Positions 8,023 to 14,638 of a stretch of DNA of 64,000 nucleotides are shown here, one piece after another. Below the pieces are notes generated by a model. That model ran no database searches, had not been told where the DNA came from, and saw nothing but the letters and a program-made list of their open reading frames with translations. This DNA comes from Candidatus Kryptoniota bacterium (GTDB lineage Bacteria > Bacteroidota > Ignavibacteria > Kryptoniales > JAKASW01). Location of the stretch: NCBI GenBank assembly GCA_046706745.1, contig JBJKPC010000003.1, forward strand, positions 1,280-65,279. The letters are read 5' to 3'. Each line of letters begins with the position of its first letter. The first letter of the stretch is position 1. Position numbers and translations under genes: made by a program.

Positions 8023-8250
8023 AATGAAATTCGCAATCATAAATTCTGAACTCGAAACAAATGCTAATTCCAAAATATCATATTCCTGTCCAAACTCGTC
8101 TCTCGGTTGTTTCGGAATTTCGACTTTTGGATTTTGGACTTGTCCCGCTCAATTATCGTATATGGGAATGCGGGATACTGTAAGCCGGAATTTAGGATTT
8201 GGAGTCTCGTGTTTAGGCTTTTTGAATGGGATGACAAGGGGGACTTTAAA
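8023..8250 (+). other. conserved inter-permease spacer element, copy 1 (non-coding; candidate structured leader or internal regulatory element)
   Basis: Over the 231 nt of 8024..8254, which span this spacer, there are 40 mismatches and no indel against 10875..11105 (manual alignment). It is richer in TCC in the 5' half and GGA in the 3' half. It ends in AAGGGGGA-N7-GTG, the start of permease B1. Confidence 0.6.
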
Positions 8251-9480
8251 GTGATCGGCATAATTGCCTGGCGCAACATACTCAGAAACAAACGACGGTC
8301 CCTGATCCTGATCGCGTCCATAGTGGTCGGGGTTGTCGCCCTGGTCCTGACGGAAGGATTTGCCGTCGGGATGCTGCACCAGATGCTGACGAACCAGATC
8401 GGTGCCGATGCGGGATATATCCAGATTCACAGGAACGGGTACCAGTCGGATCCGACGCTCGATAATTCAATGAGCGATCCGCAGGCAATTCGGAAAATAC
8501 TGCGGAAAGAATCCGGCACGCTGAACTACGCCGAGCGTCTCAGGGTGTTCGGACTCGTCAGCAGCGCTTACAACTCGTATGGAGTGTCGATCGTGGGGAT
8601 TATCCCTAAAGAGGAGAAAAAGATCTCTACAATTTCGAAATATGTCCTCAAGGGAGCGTATCTCTCGGGAGAACCGGGGCAGATACTGATAAGCGCTTCC
8701 ATTGCGGAGAAGCTTAGGGTCGGACTCGGCGACAAGATTGTGATCATGGCGTCCCGGGAAGACGGCAGCATCGGCTCAGAGGCATGCAGGATAACGGGCA
8801 TTTACGAAACCTACAACTCAGGTTTCGACCAGTCCCATGTTTATATTCCCATGCAGACTGCCGTACAGATGCTCGATGCGAAAGGACTCGTTTCCGAGTT
8901 CGTAGTGAACCCTCTCGACCCCCAAAAAACCGACCTTGTTGCAGAAACCATCCGGCACGAGGTGGTAGAGTTGCGAGGTCCGAACCACTACGAGGTTCTT
9001 ACCTACGAGCAAATGCTCCCGTTGCTGGTCTCGCAGCTGGCGCTTTACAAGGAGGCTCTTTATCTTATCTCGGTTATCATCGCAATAGCTCTCGTCTTTG
9101 GAATAGTCGACAGTATGATGATGGCAGTTATGGAACGGACACATGAATTCGGCGTGTCGATGGCCATAGGAATGGCAAGTAACAAGATTTTCACAATGGT
9201 GATGACCGAGGCTTTTTTTGTCGCAGTCATAGGAACCGCAATAGGCGTCGCCGCTTCTTATGGAATCATGATCCCACTTTCGCACACAGGCTGGAATCTA
9301 TCGATGTTCTCAGACAGCATGAGATCAGTCGGCGTAGGAAGCGTCATTTATCCCGCGTTCAATGCCTCGGTACTGATGCAAAGCGTCGTCATAATCCCGA
9401 TCGTGACGCTCCTCGGGGCGATTTATCCGGCGTTGAAAGCGATCAAGCTGCAGCCTGTAGACGCGATAAGAGCAGTCTAA
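8251..9480 (+). CDS. ABC transporter permease, FtsX/MacB family (paralog B1)
   Basis: GTG 8251 is preceded by AAGGGGGA. The N-terminus (V/M)IGIIAWRNILRNKRRS is followed by a periplasmic domain and then the FtsX bundle (VDSMMMAVMERTHEFGVSMAIGMA). The track ORF starts further upstream at TTG 8107, inside the spacer. Confidence 0.85.
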   Translation: MIGIIAWRNILRNKRRSLILIASIVVGVVALVLTEGFAVGMLHQMLTNQIGADAGYIQIHRNGYQSDPTLDNSMSDPQAIRKILRKESGTLNYAERLRVFGLVSSAYNSYGVSIVGIIPKEEKKISTISKYVLKGAYLSGEPGQILISASIAEKLRVGLGDKIVIMASREDGSIGSEACRITGIYETYNSGFDQSHVYIPMQTAVQMLDAKGLVSEFVVNPLDPQKTDLVAETIRHEVVELRGPNHYEVLTYEQMLPLLVSQLALYKEALYLISVIIAIALVFGIVDSMMMAVMERTHEFGVSMAIGMASNKIFTMVMTEAFFVAVIGTAIGVAASYGIMIPLSHTGWNLSMFSDSMRSVGVGSVIYPAFNASVLMQSVVIIPIVTLLGAIYPALKAIKLQPVDAIRAV

Positions 9481-9482
9481 AC

Positions 9483-9510
9483 TGGAATATTAGAATTATG
9501 GAATATTGTC
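9483..9510 (+). repeat. 8-nt phased repeat TGGAATAT-TAGAATTA-TGGAATAT starting 3 nt after the B1 stop
   Basis: Read directly. The unit-initial T falls at 9483, 9491 and 9499. A second doublet, TGGATTGA-TGGATCAT, lies at 9585..9600. Confidence 0.7.
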
Positions 9511-9628
9511 CGAAGGACGCTTCGGGGACTAATGTTGAGACACGCAGAACGCGTATCGAAATCCCACACTTCGCGGGAGATTCCTGGATTGATGGATCAT
9601 ACGGCGACGGCAAGCTGAAGGAGCTGAC

Positions 9629-10873
9629 ATGCTGCTGATTCGACTGGCGTGGCGGAGCTTGTGGCGAAACTGGAGGCGATCGATCATAGCGATGGCGGCG
9701 GTTATTTTTGCCATTGCCTTGTCTATAATTCAACGAGGCATGCAGTATGGAACCTACGCCGAGACGATCAGTACCGCGGTCCGCGCATCAACCGGTTATC
9801 TACAAATCCAAAAAGAGGGCTACAACAAGAGTCCGACGCTCGAGAAGAGTTTCGTTATGACGCCCGCCATAGAGAAAGCCATAGAGGATTCACATTCCAT
9901 CGACGGAAGCTCACCCAGAATCGAAACGGAGGCTCTTCTGAGCTACCATGACCAGTCGCTCGGCGCCATGATAATGGGAGTGGCGCCAAAGACGGAGGGG
10001 GAGGTGACCGATTTCCCGAGCAAAGTAGTGCAGGGACGCTTCCTCTCCGTCGATTCATCGGCCGCCGAAAGCAACGTGGCCCAAATCGTCGTGGGCGACA
10101 AACTACTGCAGAATCTGGGCGCGCAGGTCGGGGACTCCGTGGTTGTGCTCGCACAGGGATTCGACGGAATGCTGGGCAACATGTTTGCCAGGATAGTGGG
10201 CACTTTCAGGACCGGTTCAACCGAGTTCGACCGGATGGGCGTCTTCATGAACATCCATTCTCTCCAGGATTTCCTAAATATGGGAAACAGGATAAATGCG
10301 ATCGCGATATCTGTAAGGGATCCCAATGATATTCAACGACTCTCCGAGAAGCTGAGCAGGACGCTCAAGACCCGGGGACTGGTCGCACTCCCCTGGCAGG
10401 ATCTTCTGCCGCAACTTAAGCAGATGATAGAGCTTGACGACTCAAGCGGCGTGCTATATATAATAATACTTCTTTTCGTCGTGGGCTTCGGAATCCTCAA
10501 TACCGTGCTTATGTCGATCACCGAGCGTTTCAGGGAATACGGCGTAATGCTTTCACTCGGCATGTCGCAGGAAAAGTTAGTGCTGGCCGTTGCGCTGGAA
10601 GTTTTCTTCATGCTGGTAATCGGGTTCATCGTCGGGAACGGCATCGGTGTAGCCGTTAACTACTACTGGGTTCACCATCCTATTGTGATCGGCGGAGATA
10701 TGGCAAAGCTATATCAGGAGTACGGATTCGCTCCCGTCTTCGTGTCTTCCCTTTCGTTCAAGGTATTTCTCGATTCGACTCTGACGATCCTCGGGATCTC
10801 TGTAGTAGCCGCCGTTTACCCGCTCTGGCGTGTCCTGCGTCTGGAACCGCTGAAAGGTATAAGGTACACTTGA
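9629..10873 (+). CDS. ABC transporter permease, FtsX/MacB family (paralog A2)
   Basis: MLLIRLAWRSLWRNWRRS..., with GAAGGAG 6 nt upstream of the ATG. It is co-linear with A1 throughout. Confidence 0.9.
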   Translation: MLLIRLAWRSLWRNWRRSIIAMAAVIFAIALSIIQRGMQYGTYAETISTAVRASTGYLQIQKEGYNKSPTLEKSFVMTPAIEKAIEDSHSIDGSSPRIETEALLSYHDQSLGAMIMGVAPKTEGEVTDFPSKVVQGRFLSVDSSAAESNVAQIVVGDKLLQNLGAQVGDSVVVLAQGFDGMLGNMFARIVGTFRTGSTEFDRMGVFMNIHSLQDFLNMGNRINAIAISVRDPNDIQRLSEKLSRTLKTRGLVALPWQDLLPQLKQMIELDDSSGVLYIIILLFVVGFGILNTVLMSITERFREYGVMLSLGMSQEKLVLAVALEVFFMLVIGFIVGNGIGVAVNYYWVHHPIVIGGDMAKLYQEYGFAPVFVSSLSFKVFLDSTLTILGISVVAAVYPLWRVLRLEPLKGIRYT

Positions 10874-11101
10874 AATGAAATTCGACGTTCTAAATTCGAA
10901 ACTCGAAACAAATATTAATTCCACAATTTCATGTTCCTCTCAAAGCTCATCTCTTAATTGTTTCGGAATTTCGACTCTTGGATTTTTGATTCGTCCCGCT
11001 CAATTATCGTATACGGGCATGCGGCATGCCGCAAGGCGGCATTTAGGATTTAGAGTTTCGTGTTTGGACTCTTTGAACGGGATGAAAAGGGGGACTTTCG
11101 A
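10874..11101 (+). other. conserved inter-permease spacer element, copy 2
   Basis: Same length and boundaries as 8023..8250 (TGA-A-ATG at the 5' end, GTGA overlap at the 3' end), at about 83% nt identity. Confidence 0.6.
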
Positions 11102-12316
11102 GTGATCGGCACAATTGCCTGGCGAAACATACTTCGCAACAGGAGGAGGTCGTTCATCCTCATACTTTCGATCATGGTCGGCGTTATCGCAATGATACTC
11201 ACCGATGCGCTGTCGATAGGCATGGTCCGTCAGATGCTGGTGAACCAGATCGGGGCGGACGCCGGTTATATACAGATACACAAGCTAGGTTATTTTACCG
11301 ACCCTGCACTCAAGAACTCAATCGTCTACACCGCCCCTGTTCGCACCGCACTCGCCCCGGACAGTGCCGGATGCAATATATCCGAACGCCTTAGGACATT
11401 CGGCCTGATCAGCAGTGCCTACAATTCGTCAGGCGTCTCGATCGTCGGTATAATTCCGCATGAAGAAAAACGAGTGACTACGGTGCACAGCTACATTGTG
11501 AATGGAACATATCTCACAAATACTCCCGGTAGTATAATCATCAGTACGACTACGGCGGAGAAATTGAAAGTGGGGCTCGGCGACAAAGTAGTTATTATGG
11601 CCTCACGCATCGGAGGAAGCATCGGGTCGGAGGCATGCCGCGTGGTCGGGCTCTTCGAAACTTTCGATTCCGGATTCGACCAGACGCATGTTTATATTCC
11701 GCTTCAGACCGCACAGCAGATGCTCGGCGCTCCGGGAAGAGTATCCGAATTCGTGGTCAATCCGGTCGATGCCCAGAAGACAGACGCAATTGCTGCCCGC
11801 CTCAGAAACGATCTTCCGTCGGGTTTTGAAGTATTGACTTACAAACAGATGCTTCCACTTCTGGTTATGCAGACCCAGCTGTACGACGAGATGATCTATT
11901 TCTTTTATGCAATCATAGCCATTGCCCTCATCTTCGGCATAATCAACACCATGTTGATGGCAGTGATGGAAAGGACGCACGAGTTGGGAATCGATATGGC
12001 GATCGGCATGTCTCACAGGCGAATTTTCGCGATGATACTGATCGAAGCATTTTACCTGGGTCTCGCCGGCACCGCGGTCGGGCTTGCGATCTCCTTCGCT
12101 ATTTATATTCCGCTCGCACACAGCGGATGGAACCTGGCTGCGTTCTCCGAGAGTCTGAAATCGATAGGAGTCGGGACGACTATTTACCCCGTCCTTACGG
12201 CATCGTCGCTGATCAACACGATAGTGATTATCCCCTTTGCTGCCGTATTGGGGGCGATCTACCCGGCAATACGCGCGATAAAGCTGCAACCGGTTGACGC
12301 GATCAGAGCGAGTTAG
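11102..12316 (+). CDS. ABC transporter permease, FtsX/MacB family (paralog B2)
   Basis: GTG 11102 is homologous to the B1 start. The sequence reads (V/M)IGTIAWRNILRNRRRS...INTMLMAVMERTHELGIDMAIGMS. The track ORF begins at GTG 11060. Confidence 0.85.
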   Translation: MIGTIAWRNILRNRRRSFILILSIMVGVIAMILTDALSIGMVRQMLVNQIGADAGYIQIHKLGYFTDPALKNSIVYTAPVRTALAPDSAGCNISERLRTFGLISSAYNSSGVSIVGIIPHEEKRVTTVHSYIVNGTYLTNTPGSIIISTTTAEKLKVGLGDKVVIMASRIGGSIGSEACRVVGLFETFDSGFDQTHVYIPLQTAQQMLGAPGRVSEFVVNPVDAQKTDAIAARLRNDLPSGFEVLTYKQMLPLLVMQTQLYDEMIYFFYAIIAIALIFGIINTMLMAVMERTHELGIDMAIGMSHRRIFAMILIEAFYLGLAGTAVGLAISFAIYIPLAHSGWNLAAFSESLKSIGVGTTIYPVLTASSLINTIVIIPFAAVLGAIYPAIRAIKLQPVDAIRAS

Positions 12317-12356
12317 TGGAATGATGGAACAATGGAATGTCGGAATAATGGGAACT
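12317..12356 (+). repeat. five phase-locked 8-nt units TGGAATGA-TGGAACAA-TGGAATGT-CGGAATAA-TGGGAACT
   Basis: Read directly. The first unit starts on the base after the B2 stop codon (TAG 12314..12316), and units begin at 12317, 12325, 12333, 12341 and 12349. Confidence 0.8.
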
Positions 12357-12517
12357 CTGATTTTAGGATCGACGGGTTTATACGTTAAAGAGGGATGTCT
12401 CAACCGGTGGTCTCGACTAGTCCGCTTTTTTTATCCGGGAAATAAGCGAGAATTTGAACGCACGAAGCTGAGCGGTAACCGGCCACAGCTGACTGCGAGG
12501 CAAGGAGCAACTTAAGC

Positions 12518-13222
12518 ATGAACTCAAGGAACACAAATGAAATCGTCCGCGTCGAAGGCGTGAGAAAAGTTTATCAAGATAACGGAGTACCGGTGGACGC
12601 ACTGCGCGGGATCAATCTCACCGTTTCATCGGGTGACTTCTCGGTTATTGCTGGTCCGTCGGGGTCGGGAAAGACAACTCTCCTGAACATTGTCGGCACG
12701 CTCGACAAGCCTTCCGAAGGGAAGGTGTTTCTCGATGGAGAGGACGTGGCATCGAAGTCCAGACGAGAACTCGCCGATATAAGGTTGAGGAAGATCGGTT
12801 TCGTCTTCCAGGCCTACAACCTCAACCCCGTTCTGAGCGCTCTGGAAAACGTGGAGTTTACGATGATGCTTCGCGGTATCGATTCCGCGGAGAGGAAACG
12901 TAAGGGTCTTGCCCTGCTCGAGGAGCTCGGCATTGGTGAACTCGCCCACAAGCGCCCAAACGAAATGAGCGGCGGCCAGCAGCAGCGTGTCGCCATCGCG
13001 CGCGCAATCTCCAACGATCCGCGGCTCGTCCTAGCCGACGAGCCTACTGCCAACCTCGACTCCGAAACGTCGGACAGGCTTCTGGACCTCATGGAAAAGC
13101 TCAACCATGAAGACGGGATAACGTTTGTATTTTCGTCCCACGACCCGCAGGTCATCGAGCGTGCGCACAGGCTGCTCATACTTAAAGACGGCCAGATAGT
13201 GACTGACAAGGTCAACGCGTGA
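12518..13222 (+). CDS. ABC transporter ATP-binding protein (LolD/MacB-type)
   Basis: Walker A GPSGSGKTTLLN, signature LSGGQQQRVAIARA, Walker B LVLADEPTANLD and an H-loop SSHD. Confidence 0.95.
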   Translation: MNSRNTNEIVRVEGVRKVYQDNGVPVDALRGINLTVSSGDFSVIAGPSGSGKTTLLNIVGTLDKPSEGKVFLDGEDVASKSRRELADIRLRKIGFVFQAYNLNPVLSALENVEFTMMLRGIDSAERKRKGLALLEELGIGELAHKRPNEMSGGQQQRVAIARAISNDPRLVLADEPTANLDSETSDRLLDLMEKLNHEDGITFVFSSHDPQVIERAHRLLILKDGQIVTDKVNA

Positions 13223-13224
13223 CG

Positions 13225-13300
13225 GATGAAGATGGGATAGTGGAAGAGTGGAATATTGGAACGGTGGAATGATGGATTGCGGGTTTGATGGAGTGCAGGT
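13225..13300 (+). repeat. about nine phase-locked 8-nt units of consensus TGGAANNN
   Basis: GATGAAGA-TGGGATAG-TGGAAGAG-TGGAATAT-TGGAACGG-TGGAATGA-TGGATTGC-GGGTTTGA-TGGAGTGC. The unit-initial T falls at 13233, 41, 49, 57, 65, 73 and 89. The array begins 3 nt after the ATPase stop (TGA 13220..13222). Confidence 0.8.
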
Positions 13301-14580
13301 TGCGCATTTGTCGGCATAAGCAAAAAGAAATAAGGCGGTTGTTTCGCCGTCCATTCCCAGTATGCCGTGATCGCGCGCCGAAGTGCGGCGTTTCGTCACG
13401 CAGGCGAGTTCCGTTCTCCTTTTTCCTTTTCCCGGTTCTCTGTCTCTTCGGAGTCTCCTCCGCCTTCGCGCAAACGCCGCTTTTCCCTGGAACCGAACTG
13501 AATTTCTCCGGCTATGTCATGGAAATGCCGGTGTATGAAAACATCCAACAGACGTTGGCCCAGCTGACAAACACATCGAGTTCCGGATTTGAGAATCTCG
13601 CCAGATTAAGACTCCGGCCAACCCTGCACATCGGCGACAATACGAAGATTGGTCTCGAATACGAGATCGACGGACTGTATCACTCCGAGAATGTCTCATT
13701 CGGTTTGATCGCAACGACTCCCCTACGGCAGGTAGTCAGCCTGCGCTGGAGCCCTGTCGACACCAGACATGTAACAGTTTCCGACTATGTCGACAGACTC
13801 TACCTTGACGAGGAATTCTCTTTCGGAAAGTTTGTCCTCGGAAGACAACGTATAAGCTGGGGAGTCGGGCGCGTATGGCAGCCGACCGATATTTTCAATC
13901 CAATAAATCCCGCCAACTTCGGCAAAATCGAAAAAGACGGAGCCGACGCTGCCTCGATGAAATTCTACCTCGGACAGCTCACCGATCTTCAACTTGTCTA
14001 CAATGCGGAATATCATTTCAGCTCTTCGAATTACGCAGCAAGATTCAGGACCAATGTCTTGGGATACGATCTGGCCGTCCTGGGCGGATCGGTTGACCGG
14101 AGGCTCATCGGTGGAGGAGATTTTGCAGGCAATGTCTGGACCGCAGGGATACGTGGGGAAGCGCTTATATCGCAGGATCCTTCGAAGTCGCACGACTATT
14201 ACATAAGATGGATACTAGGAATGGATTACCAGTTCACGGACAAACTCTATGCACTATTCGAGTACTATCACAACGGACAGGGTACTCTCAACCGTTTTGC
14301 ATACGATTTAACCGGCCTTTATGAAGGAAGGATCCTCAACGTCGCGAAAGATTACCTCGCGTTGAGCGGGACGTACCAGCTGACGTCCCTGGTTACCGTG
14401 ATGCTGTCATCCATTTCAAATTTCAATGACGGAAGCGGTTATATCTCCGGTACCGTCAGCTATTCGGCAAGCGACAACGCGTCGCTTGCTATCGGTTCGC
14501 TTTATGCTTTCGGAAAAACATTCACCGAATACTGGTACTATCCTCAGGCCTACTACATAAAACTTGAAACTTATTTCTGA
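13288..14580 (+). CDS. outer-membrane beta-barrel (porin-like) protein of unknown function
   Basis: A signal-like segment RRRVPFSFFLFPVLCLFGVSSAFAQ is followed by alternating beta-strand-like sequence, a GRQRISWGVGRVWQPTDIFNPINP motif and a C-terminus ...YYIKLETYF (terminal Phe). The start codon is uncertain (ATG 13288 or TTG 13339), and the N-terminal extension overlaps the repeat array. Confidence 0.7.
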   Translation: MECRLRICRHKQKEIRRLFRRPFPVCRDRAPKCGVSSRRRVPFSFFLFPVLCLFGVSSAFAQTPLFPGTELNFSGYVMEMPVYENIQQTLAQLTNTSSSGFENLARLRLRPTLHIGDNTKIGLEYEIDGLYHSENVSFGLIATTPLRQVVSLRWSPVDTRHVTVSDYVDRLYLDEEFSFGKFVLGRQRISWGVGRVWQPTDIFNPINPANFGKIEKDGADAASMKFYLGQLTDLQLVYNAEYHFSSSNYAARFRTNVLGYDLAVLGGSVDRRLIGGGDFAGNVWTAGIRGEALISQDPSKSHDYYIRWILGMDYQFTDKLYALFEYYHNGQGTLNRFAYDLTGLYEGRILNVAKDYLALSGTYQLTSLVTVMLSSISNFNDGSGYISGTVSYSASDNASLAIGSLYAFGKTFTEYWYYPQAYYIKLETYF

Positions 14581-14638
14581 CAGGTGATCCGGTTGACTGC
14601 CGATCCGACCTAAAGAAGCCAGCCCCGCTCAAGCCGGC

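Larger units (their letters stand above)
6793..12316 (+). repeat. tandem duplication of a two-gene FtsX-permease module (unit 1 6793..9480, unit 2 9629..12316)
   Basis: The order A-spacer-B occurs twice. A1 vs A2 is about 60% aa identity over the first 143 aligned residues (manual count) and both end in LEPLKGIRYT. B1 and B2 end in KLQPVDAIRA[VS]. The inter-permease spacers are equal in length. Confidence 0.85.

Noticed and set aside
8024-8254. Conserved 76-codon ORF (also at 10875..11105) packed between the permease genes with TGA-A-ATG and GTGA overlaps
   Set aside because: It is tempting as a micro-protein. However, the 40 differences between the copies fall 12/15/13 on codon positions 1/2/3, so there is no third-position excess, and most are non-synonymous. 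The conservation is therefore at the nucleotide or RNA level, not in this reading frame.
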